From: Ginglymostoma cirratum | Lineage: Eukaryota | Reading direction: 5' to 3' | Assembly: GCA_024137785.1 (NCBI GenBank) | Contig: JAHRHZ010000013.1 | Coordinates: 28,539,003-28,603,002 of the forward strand | Length of the DNA stretch: 64,000 bases | Shown: one piece after another, positions 1 to 12,972 of the stretch | How the letters are laid out: the number at the start of each line of letters is the position of its first letter | Numbering within the stretch: the first letter of the stretch is position 1 | Notes under the pieces: generated by a model | What the model was told of the DNA's origin: nothing | Seen by the model: only the letters and a program-made list of their open reading frames with translations | Databases searched by the model: none | Made by a program: the position numbers and the translations under genes

Positions 1-710
1 TCATGGTCCAAGTCTAGTGATTACTAAGAATTATTGAAGAGCAAGCAACTTTACAAAAAACAACTTTAACAGCCTATGGAATATTGGTATTTATTTAAAG
101 AGGGCTGGAATACAAAAGAGTGGAAGTTTTAGCTGCATAATATTCTGGTTAGATCCTCTCTGGAATATTGCATTTCGTCCTGGGCGGCACAGCTCAGGAA
201 GGATATAATGGCTTCGCAAGGGGTGCACAGCAGGTACACTAGAATGAAACCCAAGATTAAAGGGTTACTGTACGAGGACAGGTTGCATAGACTAGGTCTG
301 AATTCCCTCAAGCACAGAAGATTAAGAGATAATCTAATTGAGGTGTTTAAAATGATTAAAGGATTTAATAGGGCAGATAGAAACTATTTCCTCTGGTGGC
401 TTAATCCAGAACAATGAGGCTTAACCTTAAAATTAGCATCAGGCCATGCAGAGATGATGTCAGGAAGTGATTCTTCACACAAAGTGTATTGGAAATTTGG
501 ACCTTTCTCCAACAAATGAATAGCTATTGAAGCTAAGTCAATCAAACATTTCAAAATAGCATTTGATATATTTTTGTTAGATAAGGGTATTAAGTGTTAC
601 AGAACAAAGGCAATAGATGGAAGTAAAGATGTAGAACAGCCATGATCTAGTTGAATTCAAAGGCTAGATTGAAGAGCTGAATAGTTTCCTCCCGTTTCTA
701 TGTTCCTAAT
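1..710 (+). mobile_element. CR1-clade LINE 3' fragment (ORF2 C-terminus + 3' UTR), decayed
   Basis: ORF 208-417 YEDRLHRLGLNSLKHRRLRDNLIEVFKMIKG matches the CR1 ORF2 C-terminal motif; ends in tttctatgttcct tail. Confidence 0.9.
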
Positions 711-2007
711 TGTTGTTTTAGACTACAAATTAAAAACCATCTGAACAATTAATACTCCTAGCCATTTCATCCGAGGAAATGCACCTGCATCAACCACTCA
801 TGTAACGGCAGCAGTTTTACTTGTCACAATTTGATATACGTTACTTTAGCCAAAGTATGGTTTAACCAAATTTTTAAAAGGGAATAATTCTCTTCTTTCT
901 TAAAAAAAAGGGATATTCTGTAACTCCACTCAGTTTGCATGCTTAAGATAGAAAATGTAACTCTCAAGACGACTTATAACTGAGAGACTAGCTTGTTTCA
1001 GCAGACACATTTTGTAAGTTTGTAACATTTCTCCTCTGTAAATGAGCTCAGAAAAATGAAGCTTTCCAATGAAAAGGAGCCCACAATAATGAGTACAACT
1101 CTATTGCTGTTGAGCCGAGTGACTTCCAAACTGAGAGAAATTGAATTATATCGAAGTTGGTCTTTTTTTCATTTAGTAATTCCCATAAATAGAGAAGATT
1201 TAAACGACAGATTTCTAGTTTAGGTAATACTTCATTGATACTCACTCTTGGATAAATTAGTAACTATCTGTATGTACACTGTATGGATTATCAAACAATT
1301 ATATATTTTGTTTAAAGCATAAATATAATCAGGTTCTCTATCCTAGATTATACAATGATTTGATCCAAACCTTTTAGTAATTTCTGGCAAATATTCCAGT
1401 TGCTTTGAGATTTCCCTCTACCCAAAGCAATGATGAAACCTTTAGCAACAACATAGGAATTAGAAGGAGTAGATCATTCAGTCCTTTGGGCCTGATCCAC
1501 CATTCAATAAGAACGGAGCTGATATCATTCTAATCTCGACTCCATCTTTTATACATAACACAAGCGTTATCTTTTGCAAGGCACCTGGCTGCCTGAGCGT
1601 AATAGTTATCTCGGTTGCGTTCTCAGTTTTGCTCAGGTCTGTCCCTGTACTTCCCCGCTTGAAGATAACTAATTCTGTGCCTGGCTGCAGTTTGTATCAA
1701 CAGGAACAAGTTGGGTTAGCCAGCTGCACAATGTCAGAATACAGAGGTCAACTCTTAGTCAAATGCATTTAGCCATTATCTTAAAGCCCCTCTGGAATCA
1801 CAATTCTATGACTACAATGGGTATATTATCAATAACACAACGCAAGTTCATTCAATGAGAAAAGCAAAAAAATGCGTGATATTGAGCAGTAGGCACATGA
1901 AAAGGAAAAGATTAGCAAGGGTTAATGTAGGCTCATTAAATGTGGGGCAGGCGAAGTTATAGTGAAGAAAAAGGAAATGAGAGAGAAACTAGACAGTCAC
2001 TTCACAT

Positions 2008-2222
2008 CTCAGTTCAGTTGGCTGAGCAGCTGGATTGCGAAGCAGTGATGCCAACAGCATGGGTTCAAGTCCATCACAGGCTGAGGTTACGATGAAGGAC
2101 TCTCCTTCTCAACCTCTCCCCTCACCAAGCTATAGTGGCCATTAGGTTAAATCACGAACAGTCATCTCTCTCTCTCTCTCGAATGACAGAGCAGCCCTAT
2201 GGTCTGGTACGACTATGGTGAC
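2008..2222 (+). mobile_element. tRNA-head SINE (~220 bp family), copy 1
   Basis: B-box-like gggttcaagtcc; body ctctccttctcaacctctcccctc..ggttaaa..ctatggtctgg shared with copies at 9436 and 46307; internal (CT)n. Confidence 0.75.
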
Positions 2223-2699
2223 AGAAAAAAATATCTTCATGAAAGAAGATAGAGAATATCCCAGAATTACTAGGCAGCTAATTGTCATATCACAGTTATT
2301 TACATTAATGTGCACTGTCAATTTGTTATTTTGTTACATGTGCAACATGAATTCAGATAAAGAGCCTTCAGTTTTGTCTTTAATCTTTGTAATATCGAGC
2401 CTTGATTGCTGATGTCTTCCTAGGCTATTTCTCTCTGTCCTTCCTTCTATTTTCTGATACTTATTTCCCAGATTACAATTTTCCTCCCTTATCATGTCTC
2501 TACTCTTTGATATACCACATTTTCTACATTTGAACACTTGTCCTAACTATCTAGTTTAAAACCCTCTATACTTCATTAAATGGTCATGTGGTTTGGAGGA
2601 TCTCTGGGCCCAGCACAGTTCATATGTCATCTATCGTAATGGTATAGCCCTCACTTTCCCCAGTACTGGTGTTAGTGGTTTAAGAACTAGAACCTACTT

Positions 2700-3330
2700 C
2701 CCTAATTCCTATGGAAAACTAATGGATACCACTTTCCATTTGAAAAAACACAGCCTTCACCTTTTGTATCTTGACACTGAGCCAATTTTGGATCCAACTC
2801 ACCACCCTCCCCTGTATCCCTGAATTTTTCTGATCAATCTGCCAGGTAGAAACTTTTAAATGCCTTACCAAAATCCATGTAGACTGCATCATAGCAGAAT
2901 CTTCATCAATTCTCCTTGTTACGTCTTCAAAAAATTCAATGAAGGTAGTTAGACATGACCTTCCCGAAACAAAACCATGCTGACTATCTCTGATTGTTCT
3001 CTGCTATTCTTAAAATCTTTCGTTGAAACAGTTAATCCTATTTCTCAAAATTGGTTCAGGTAAAGTGCCCACCACAGGAATCAGGCTGACCACACTATAA
3101 TTACTTAGAATACTTGAGAATAGTGGTGCAATGTTCACACACCTGCAATCCACTGAGACCTTGCCCAGATCTGGTGAGGATTGAAAATGATCCTTAAAGC
3201 ATCCACACTTTCCTCTCTAGCTCACTTTAACAGTCTAGGAAATACTTGGTGATTTATCTACCTTCAAGGAAGTCAGTCCTTCCAGTACTTTTCTTCTCAT
3301 TATGCTAATAATAGGTCATTTTTCATGCCT
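2700..3330 (-). mobile_element. Old CR1 LINE RT fragment
   Basis: Similar to the 4400-4950 segment of the adjacent younger CR1 (ccttaccaaaatccatgtagac, aaaaccatgctgact). Confidence 0.75.
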
Positions 3331-3339
3331 GTCTTTAAA

Positions 3340-6300
3340 GAACAAGAACAGAGAAAATTACAGCACAGGAACGGGCCCTTCAGTTCTCCAAGCCTGCACT
3401 GACATGCTGCCTGTCACAACTAAAAGCCCTTACTCTTCCGGCGACCATATCCCTCGATTTCAACCCTATTCATGTATTTGTCAAGATGCCCTTTAAAAGT
3501 TACTATTGTATCTGTTTCCACGACCTCCCCCAGCAGTGAGTTGCAGCACCCACCACCCTCTGTGTAAAAAACTTGCCTTATACATCACCTTTAAATTTTG
3601 CCCCTCGCATCTTAAACCTATGCCCCCTAGTAACTGACTCTTCCACCCTGGGAAAAAGCTTCTGACTGTCTACTCTGTCCATGCCCTTCATAATCTTGTA
3701 GACTTCTATCAGGTCGCCCCTCAACCTCCGTCGTTCCAGTGAGAACAACCCAAGTTTCTCCAACTTCTCCTCATAGCTAATGCCCTCCATACCAGGCAAC
3801 ATCCTGGTAAATCTTTTCTGCGCCCTCTCCAAAGTCACCACATCCTTCAGGTAGTGTGGCGACCAGAATTGAACACAATATTCCAAATGCGGCTTAACTA
3901 GGTTTCTATAAAGCTGCAATATTACCTGCCAATTTTTAAACTCAATGCCCTGGCTGATGAAGGCAAGCATGCCGTATGCCTTGTTGACTACCTTCTCCAC
4001 CTGCGTTGCCACTTTCAGTGACCTGTGTACCTGTGTACCCAGATCCCGCTGCCTATCAGTACTCTTAAAGGTTCTGCCATTTACTGCATATTTTCCATCT
4101 GGATTAGACCTTGCAAAATGTATTATCTCACAATTTTCTGGATTAAACTCCATCTGCCATGTCTCTGCCCGAGTCACCAACTGATCTATATCCTGCTGCA
4201 TCCTCTGACGGTTCTCATCACTATCCACAATTCCAACAACCTTTGTGTCATCCGCAAACTTACTGATCAGACCAGTTACATTTTCCTCCAAATCATTTAT
4301 ATATATCACAAATAGCAAAGGTCCCAACACTGATCCCTGAGGAACGCCACAAGTCACAGCCCTCCATTCAGAAACGCACCGTTCCCCTCTACCCTCTGTC
4401 TTCTATGACTGAACCAGTTTTTTTAATCCATCTTGCAAGCTCACCTCTGACCCCGTGTGATTTTACCTTCTGTATCAGTCTGCCGTGAGGGACCTTGTCA
4501 AAGGCCTTACTGACATCCATGTAGACAACATCCACTGCCCTATCCTCATCGATCATCTTCGTCACTTCCTCAAAAAGCTCAATCAAGTTAGTGAGACACA
4601 ACCTCCCCTTCACAAAACCATGTTGTTCTTGCTAATATGCCCAATTATTTCCAAGTGGGAGTATATCCAGTCTCAAAGAATCCTCTCCAATAATTTCCCT
4701 ACCACTGACGTAAGGCTCACAGATGTGTAATTAGCTGGATTATCTTTGCCAAACCTTCGTAAACAAAGGAACAACATTGGCTATTCTCCAATCTTCTGGG
4801 ACCTCCCCTGTAGCCAGTGAGGATATAAAGATTTCCCTCAAGGCCCCAGCAATTTCCTCCCTTGCCTCTCTCAGTATTCTGGGGTATATTCCATCAGGCC
4901 CTGGGACTTGTCTACCTTAATGTTTTTCAGGACCCCCAATACCTCTTTCCTTTTGATCTCAACATGAAGCAAACTATCTACACACCCCTCCTCAGACTAA
5001 TCATCCACCAAGTCCTTCTCTATGGTGAATACTGATGCAAAGTACTCATTTAATACCTTGCCCATTTCCTCTAGCTCCACACATCCCTTCCCTGCCCTTG
5101 AGTGAGATCACCCTCTCCCTGGCTACCCTCTTCTTCTTTATATATGTATAAAAAGCCTTGGGATTTTCACAGAATCCCTGCAGTGTGGAAACAGGATCTT
5201 TGGCCCAACAAGTCCACACTGATCCTCAGAGCACCCCATCCGGACCCATCCCCCTATAAACCATCTAATCTACACATCCCTGAGCACTACAGGTGATTTG
5301 GCATGGCCAATCCACCTAGCCTGCACATCTTTGTGCTGTGGGAGGAAACTGGAGCACCCAGAGGAAACCCAAGCAGACACAGCAAGAATGTGCAAACTCT
5401 ACACAGACAGTCGCCCGAGGGTAGAATCAAACCCAGGTTCCTGGTGCTGTGAGGCAGCAGTGCTCACCACTAAGCCACTATGCTGCCCTCCTTAATCCTG
5501 TTGGCCAATGACTTTTCATTACCCCTGTTAGCTCTCCTGACTCCTTTTTTTTGACTTTCCTTGTATTCCACCCTTGCTTCGTGTGTTCCCAGCCTCCTAA
5601 CTTTGATAAATGCTTCCTTTTTCTTTTTGATTAGGCTCACAATATTTCTTGTTATCCAAGGTTCCCTAAACTTGCCATTCTTATCCTTCATCTTTAAAGG
5701 AATATGCTGGTCCTGAGTTCCCAGCAACTTATACCTGAAAGCCTCCCACACACCATATGTTGATTTGCCCTCAAACATCTGCCTCCAATCTACATTCTTC
5801 AGTTCCTACCTAATATTGTTGTAATTAGCTTTCCCCCAATTTAGCATCTCTACCTGACAACTACATTTATCTTTATCCATCAGGAACTTAAAGATTACTG
5901 AATTGTGATCACTGTTCCCGAGCTGCTCCCCTACTGAGATGTCAACCACCTGGCCAGGCTCTTTCCCCAGTATTAGGTCCAGTACAGCCCCTTTCCTAGT
6001 TGGACTATCTACATACTGTTTCAAGAAGACTTCCTGGATATTGCTTACAAACTCTGACTCATCCGTGCCCCATGCACTAAGTGAGTCCCAGTAAATATAT
6101 AGGAAGTTAAAATCACACACGACAACAACCCTGTTACTTTTACATCTTGCCAAAATCTGCCCACATATCTGTTCTTCTGTCTCCTGCTGGCTGTTGAGAG
6201 GCCTATAGCAAACCCCAAACATTGTGATTGCACCCTTCCTGTTCCTGAGCTCTACCCATATTGCCTCACTGCATGAGCCATATGAGGAGTCCTCCCACAG

Positions 6301-6560
6301 TACAGCTGTGATAGACTCCTTAACAAGTAGTGCAACTCCCCCACCCCTTTTACATCCTCCTCTATCCTGCCTGAAACATCCATACACTGGAATATTAAGC
6401 TGCTGATCCTGTCGCTCCTTTAACCAAGTCCCTGTAATAACAACAACATCATAGTTCCATGTACTAATCCAAGCTTTAAGTTTATCTGCCTAATCTGTTA
6501 CACTTCTCGTATTGAAACGGATGCGCTTCAGTCCACCAGACCCGCATTGATCAGCAACCA
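3340..6560 (-). mobile_element. CR1-clade LINE with near-complete but frameshifted ORF2 (APE endonuclease + RT), interrupted by an HE1 SINE
   Basis: ORF 5806-6387 (RQDRGGCKRGGGVALLVK, CDFN, LDLIL, SDH) = endonuclease; 4389-4613 (CLTNL, DVSKAFDKVPH) and 3578-4357 (GVPQGSVLGPLLF, FADDTK) = RT; short tandem 3' tail near 3340. Confidence 0.96.
5167..5488 (-). mobile_element. HE1-type V-SINE nested in the CR1 LINE
   Basis: Reverse complement begins gggcagcatagtggcttagtggtgagcactgctgcctcacagc (tRNA-like head), has the V-domain tgtgtagagtttgcacattct and a LINE-like tail; splits the LINE sequence ggatttt|ccttaat. Confidence 0.92.
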
Positions 6561-6892
6561 TGCTAACCAGAGGGTCTGCGCCAACTTTCCCTTTAAGCTG
6601 TACTGCTGTGTGGTCAGATACATCGATGCCTTGTTTCTATTTATGGAAACCACTGCCACACATAGATCTGGGAAGTTCACACAGCAGAACAAAAATGAAA
6701 GGGTACATTGGTCGGAATCATCCGCTCCTTTGTAAGGACAGAAACAAATTACTCATTTAGTACCCTGCCTGCATCTTCTGTGTCCACACACAAGTTGCCA
6801 TGTGTATCTCTGGTTGACGCATCTTCTTTTCATCATTCTCATGCTCCTTGGTATTTCCTTAATTGTACTGGCTAACATCTTTTGGTACACAA

Positions 6893-7115
6893 TACACAAA
6901 GAACTGCAGATGCTGGAAATCCAAAACAAAAATAGGGCTACAGAAACATAGCAGGGCTGGAGAAACTCAGGAGGGCTGGAGGCATCAATGGAGAGAAAAC
7001 TGTTAACATTATGTCCATTGGCATGAAGGGTCATTACACTCAATACATTAACATCACTTTTTCTCTGTATAGACTGCCAGACCTGTTGTGTTTCTCCAGT
7101 ACTTTCTAGATTTGG
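6893..7115. mobile_element. Older Penelope-derived fold-back element (family 2) with decayed HHR
   Basis: gaactgcagatgctggaaatc leader; gctggagaaactcag... is mirrored by ...ctgttgtgtttctccagt; central catgaagggtcattacactcaatacattaac is a decayed core. Confidence 0.7.
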
Positions 7116-8269
7116 CACAACAAATCTTTCTTTGCGGGGATATGTCTACATTGTGCCCATAGAATCTCATTGTGAATCTCTTCAGTTGATTTACTGCTGA
7201 CTTTCCTCCAGTAGCTGTAACTAGACCACCAATCATTGGCAGATCATCTCGCAGTTTTGTAACAATTAACATCATCCAATTTGTAACCTTTACTCCTGTT
7301 CAATCTTTGTCTCTTTCCGTTGTGATGCCAAATCTAACAACATTATGATCACTATTTCTAAAATAGTCACCCACTTTTACTTTATCCACTGCCCAGTTTC
7401 ATTTCCTCAGACTAAATCTAGGATTTCACCCTCTCTTATTGGGCCTATTATGTTCTGGATAAAATAAAAAATCTTAAATGCAGTTCAAGAAGTTTGTCCC
7501 TTCTGTGCTTTTTATGCACTGTTCATATATTTGTTGTCATTCAGTCATTGAAGTCCCCAACAATTATTGCCTTGTTGATTATGCTGTTAAATTTTCCTAC
7601 GTATTTGCTCCTCCAACTCTTGCAAACTAATTAGGGATCCATTGTGTACACTTGGCAATACGGCTGCTCCTTATGTTTCTGAGCCCAACACATATACCCA
7701 TATGATTGTCCAGCCTGTCCACGATTCCCAGAATTTACCCAATTGCCCCAGGAGTCTGATGTTCACCTGCCTATACCACTTCTTTAGCTACATATTCAAT
7801 GGCTTAATTCTCCTTTCTGTATACTCACTAACGCATGTGATCAGGAAGAATCCTGAGAAAACCACTTTGAAGGTTCAACCTGTCATGTGCCTAGCTTCCT
7901 GTACTATGCATTCTGGACCTCATCCTTATTCCTACTTAAGCCATCAGTACCAACACAAGATAACAACCTCTGGCTGATCCCCCTCCCACAGAAGGATGGC
8001 CCAACACGAAGGAGGTAACAAACTGTCCTGGAGTTATGTCACAGTGACAGCAATACCTGTCCAATCATCTGACTGTGGAGTACCCTATCACTACCTATTC
8101 TACTTACAGACCCACACCCCACTCCAATATCACCACTACTGACACAGCTGAGCTGTCCATGCAGTCACTGAGATAAAAGGTACTGCAGATGCTGGAGAAT
8201 CCGAGATAACAAGGCGTGGGGCTGGATGAACACAGCAGGCCAAGCAGCATCACAGGAGCAGGAAAACTT

Positions 8270-8297
8270 GACGTTTCGGGCCTAGACCCGTCATCAG
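8270..8297 (-). ncRNA. Minimal hammerhead ribozyme motif, antisense arm
   Basis: Reverse complement reads CTGATGAcGGGTCTAGGCCCGAAACGTC. Confidence 0.7.
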
Positions 8298-8316
8298 AAC
8301 CCTCTTCCCCTCCCCC

Positions 8317-8352
8317 ATTTCTGATGAAGGGTCTAGGCCCGAAACGTCAAGT
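8317..8352 (+). ncRNA. Minimal type-I hammerhead ribozyme motif (Penelope-type)
   Basis: attt-CTGATGA-a-GGGTctagGCCC-GAAAC-GTC-aagt: core, stem II, self-complementary ACGU stem III, predicted cleavage after C8348, weak 4 bp stem I. Confidence 0.75.
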
Positions 8353-9435
8353 TTTCCTGCTCCTGTGATGCTGCTTGGCCTGCTGTGTTCATCTAGCCCC
8401 ACGCCTTGTTATCATGGAGTCCCTGATTTGGGTTTGGCTGCACTCTTCTGATCAAATCTTATCTTCACCCTCACTATCATCCACAATATCAAGAGTATTG
8501 ATTAGCAAGAATGATAGACCAAGGGCATTCCAATATTGCCCACTTGGTATTCTTAGACTGCCCAATAGTTACCCATTCCTATATTCCCAGTGTATCTTTG
8601 ACTTGCGGTGTGGCAGCCTCTGTAAAGTGCTATCTTTGTGAACGTCTGCCTCTTGGATGGACAACAGTGATGCCAGCCACCAAGGGATGTTCTGAAACCC
8701 AGAGGTCAAGCTTGTGCAACTGGTGACATTTCCTGCAGATGACTGCATCTGAAATGCATGACTTCATACATTCTGCAGGATATACAATCTATTTGGCCAA
8801 GCTGACCTGCCATCCCATTACTTTAAAAAAAATCTATCTATTACAAATGTAATTGAAAAAAAAGTGCCAGTTCTCAAAAATTTGTTTCTTCCGTTGTACC
8901 AAAGGAACAGCCAACTACAGCAGGCTAAAAGCAGCAGAAAAAGAAAGGAGACCTTGCTCTTGTCCCTCACCAAACTCCCTCATACCGAATTCCCATTTCA
9001 CATTCTGTACAGTCAAAACAGCACTCACTGCATACAGGCAGCACTGAGGGAGGTCTCTATTTATGCTTCCTGCAAACGACTGTTGCAAACTTCAAAAAAT
9101 TAGAATATACCAGCTATTAATTAACTCGCAACAGCTTCTCTCAGAGCTTGTAAACCCTTGAAATAAGGCAGCAATAAAACTTAATTTCTCTTAAGGTAGA
9201 GTGTAATGTTTAGTTAATTGCTAAATTAAAGGAAAAACTAGACTTCAGACAGAAAAAAAACCTTATGATTCTCACACAGTGCAGCTCTCAGTGCAGGTAA
9301 ACTCCCTGGATCTACTTATCGACTCAGAGAAATTAGGTCAAATACCTGGGGAGAGCTGGATAAGGAAAAACAACACATACAATAAATACTCACAAAGAAT
9401 TAAGCAAAATAACTCATTTATGTACATATATAACT

Positions 9436-9660
9436 GGGTTAGTTAGCTCAGTTGTCTGGATGGCTAGATTATGATACAAAGTGATGCCAGCAGAGTGGGT
9501 TAAATTCCCACGCTTTCTTAAGTTAGCCTGAAGGACTCCCCTTCTCAACCTCTGCCCTTGCATGAGGTGTGGTGACCTTTAGGTTAAACCATCACTGGGC
9601 CTCTCTCTCTGATAAGAGGTCAGCCTATAGTCCAGCAGGGCTATAATAACTTTGCCTTTA
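9436..9660 (+). mobile_element. tRNA-head SINE (~220 bp family), copy 2
   Basis: gggttagttagctcagttg (A-box-like) and gggttaaattccc; body similar to 2008-2222. Confidence 0.75.
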
Positions 9661-9712
9661 TAACAATTAATCAAAATTAGTGTATTAGGGATAAAAAAGC
9701 TTGTGGAGGGAT

Positions 9713-10079
9713 GTTGTGTACAGACTTCAGAACCCTGGAACAGGCTTGCGATGATGTCACAGTGGTGCACACCCATGAGCATAAATAGCGAAGTGTGGGT
9801 AGAACTCGATGATTCTACGCCAGGCTGTCCTCTGGTAGCAGCCTCATAGAGTGCATGCATATGAATACATGAAGAAGATAAACTACTCTTTACCTAAGGT
9901 AACTATAAGATCAATGCCCGGTGTAGCTATGATTACCAGACATAACGTAGTTTAGTAACAATAAATAGTGTTACTTTGAGGTCTAAGCCTGAAGACAGTT
10001 TTTGACTCTCCTTTTTCCTCAATTGGTCTGTCTTGAACAAAATTTCACAATGTCTCATCAAACCACAAGATAAAAATCA
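9713..10079 (+). mobile_element. Possible solo LTR inserted in CR1 sequence
   Basis: TGTTGTG...ATCA termini, TATA-like ataaatag ~9781, AATAAA ~9960; flanks resemble CR1; TSD only 3/5 match. Confidence 0.4.
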
Positions 10080-11660
10080 AGGCCCATTTGAAATAGAGGA
10101 ACTAAAAGAAATTACTGTTAGTAAAGGTAGTACTTCAAAAGCCAAATGGATTGAAGGTCGATGAATTCTCTGGACCAGATAAGCTTCATCCCAGAGAGTC
10201 GAAGGAAGTGGCTGTAGAATGTGGATGCACTCATTGGTGGTTATCTTTCATAATTCTGTAGATTGTGGGAAAGGTCCTGTGGACTTGAAAGTAGCAAATG
10301 TGACCCCACTACTCAAGAAGGGAGGAAGAGGGAGAGTGGAGAAGTACAAACCTGTTAGTTTCACACCAGTACTGGGGAAATTGCTAGAATCTATCATAAA
10401 GGATGTTATACTAAACATTTAGAAAGAATGGTAAAATTTGGTAGAGTCAACATGTATTTATGGAAGGGAAATCAAGTTTAACAAGCCTGGTTTTTACCTG
10501 AGTATATCACTTACAGCATTGATGAAGGAGAACTGGTGGATGTAGTGCATTTGGATTTACTGAAGGCTTTTGATGTGATCCCACACAGGAGGTTAATATA
10601 TGAAATTAAAATGCATGGTATTAGGGGAAATACACTAGCTTTAGTTAACAGAGATAACGTAGGGAGGAGGATTAAACAGATCAATTTCAGGATGTAAGGC
10701 TGTTGCTAATGGGTGCCACAAAGATCAGAGCTCACAATGACTGTTCACAATCTATGTATGTGACTTGGATGTGGGGAGCAATTGTTTCCAGATTTACTGA
10801 TGATACTAAACTGAATGGGAACGTAAGTTATGAGAAGAATGTAAGAGGCTTCAAAGGTCTGAGCTATGCCGCATGAATAGCCAAATGGAATATAATCCAA
10901 ATAAATGGTATACGGTTATTCACTTTGGTAGTAAAAGCAAAAAGCAAGAATATTTCTTAAATAGTGAGAGATTGGGTAACACAGGTGCACAAAGGGATCT
11001 GGATGTCCTTGTTCATGAGTCACCAAAAGTTAGTGTGCATATGCAACAAGCAATTAGAAGCCAAAGGTATGTTGGCCATCATCACAAGGGGATTGGAGTC
11101 TTGGACTAAAAATATTTTGCTGCAGTTGTATAGAACCTTGGTGAGACCTCATCTGGAGTATTGTGTACAGTTTTGGTCTCCTTATCAAAGAAAGAATAAG
11201 CTTGCCATTGAGGCAGTTTGATGGGGGTTCACCTGGGATGGTAAGCTTGTGTGATAAGGAGAAGTTGAGAAACTGGGTGTGCTTTCCTTCAAGTTTGAAA
11301 AAAATGAGCAATGACTTCACTGAAACTTGCAATATTCTCACAGGGACTGACTGGGTAGATGAAGATAAGATGTTTCTCCCAGCTGCTGAGTTTAAAACCA
11401 TAGGACATAATCACTAAGTAAGTGTTATTTCTTGATTCAGAGGATTTTTTTTTAATCCTCCACCTAGGAGGCCTGTGGAAGTTCAATCACTGAGCATGTT
11501 CAAGAGAGAGATCAATAGATTTCTGGAAATTAATGGCATCATGAGGATATTGCAGGTAAGTGGCATTAAGATAAATAGTCAGCCATTATCTATTTGATGG
11601 GCCAAACAAATTTGATGGGTTGACTAGCTTCTGCCTGTTCCTTACTTCCTAAGTTCTCTA
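10080..11660 (+). mobile_element. CR1 LINE 3' half, decayed
   Basis: ORFs 10219 (ANVTPLLKKG..YKPVSFTPVLGKLLESII) and 10964 (LYRTLVRPHLEYCVQFWSP). Confidence 0.92.
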
Positions 11661-12069
11661 CTGCTGATCTGGTAACTCCTTAAACTGAAAGCCAGCTTCA
11701 TCTTCATCACTTGTGTTTACTCGCCCGCACTGGCATCATCCTGATTTTAAAATTCTTAATTCTATTTACTAACATTAATTTCCTTCACTTCTCCCTTCCC
11801 AAAAGACCTTTATCTACCCAGCTTTTCTGGTAAGTTATTGCTGTTTTCTTCTGTAAAGATAGAACTACTATTGATGCTTAATTACTCTGCTAATTCCTTG
11901 TGCTCCATTATCAAATCTCCCATTTCAGACTGTAAAGAGCCTAGATATGTCCATTCTGAAGAATGATGCAAAGTCATCACTGAGGACTGTGCCATTCCTC
12001 TGGGTCCACACACAGATTATTTCTATGGTCCTTAATAGCCCCTACTCATTCCCTTTCTTGCTCTTTATA

Positions 12070-12972
12070 CATAGGTGCGAAGGCAAGTGGTGAAGATGAC
12101 ACAGAGACTGTAGAGAGGGATATAGACAGCAAAAAGTTGGCAAATGGAATATTATGTGGGAAAATGTAAAGTTATGCACATTGGCAGGAAGAATAGAGGA
12201 GCTGAGTATTAATTAAATGGCAAAAGACTAGAGAAACCTACAGAACAGAGGGACATGGGAGTCCTTGCATGACTCACAAAGTCTAGCATTTAAATTCAGT
12301 GGGTAATATGGATAGCAAATGGAATGCTGGTCTTTATTTCAAAGGGAACAAAGTACAATAGGAAGGATTTTTTTCTAAACTATACAAGGCACTGGTCAGA
12401 CCATAGCTGGAATACTGTGAACAGATTTAGGCCTCTTATCTAAGGAAATATATACTGGCATTGCAGGCAGTCCAGAGTAGGTTCACTGCTCTGATACTAG
12501 GTAAGCAGGGGCTTTATTACGAGGAGAAGTTGAGTAAGTCATGCCTGTACTCATTTGAATTTAGAAGAATGAGAATTGACCTTATTTAAACATACAAGAC
12601 ACTTAGAGGACTTGACAGGGTAGATGCGGTGAGGTTGTAGGAGAGTACTTGTGGGCAACTCTAGGACAAGGTGGCATAATCTCAAAATAAAGAGTCACAC
12701 TTTTAAGACAGAGAGAAGGAGGAATTTCTCCTCTCAGAGGGTAGTGAATCTGTGGAATATTTTTCCACAGGGGGCTGTTGAGGTTTGATCATTTAAGTAT
12801 ATTCAGAGCTGAGACACACTGGTTTTTAATCTAAAAGGGTATCAAGGGTCATAAGGAAAAGGCAGCAAAGTGGAATTGAGGATTATCATATCAGCCATGA
12901 TCTCATTGAATTGCAGAGCAGACCCAATGGGCTGAATGGCCTGCTTCTCCTCCCGCATCTTATGGTGTTATA
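12070..12972 (+). mobile_element. CR1 LINE 3' fragment
   Basis: tggcaaatggaatattatgtgggaaaatgtaaagttatgcac..ctggaatactgtgaacag..; 3' tail gaatggcctgcttctcctcccgcatcttatggt. Confidence 0.88.

Larger units (their letters stand above)
8171..8413. mobile_element. Penelope-derived palindromic HHR element (family 1), copy A
   Basis: 95 bp inverted arms 8205-8299 / 8319-8413 with 2 mismatches; HHR core on each strand; imperfect 14 bp TSD catgcagtcactga / catggagtccctga. Confidence 0.9.
7240..9090 (-). mobile_element. Decayed CR1 LINE 5' part (ORF1 zinc-finger + esterase, start of ORF2)
   Basis: Minus strand ~8700-8780 reads SCRMYEV..ICRKCHQLHKLDLWVS (CR1 ORF1 N-terminal Cys motif, frameshifted); ~8050-8095 reads VVIGYSTVR (decayed GDS esterase motif); endonuclease-like remnants 7240-7640. 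Confidence 0.75.

Noticed and set aside
3578-6387. Longest ORFs (259 aa and 193 aa) as host genes
   Set aside because: They are frameshifted CR1 ORF2 RT and endonuclease pieces
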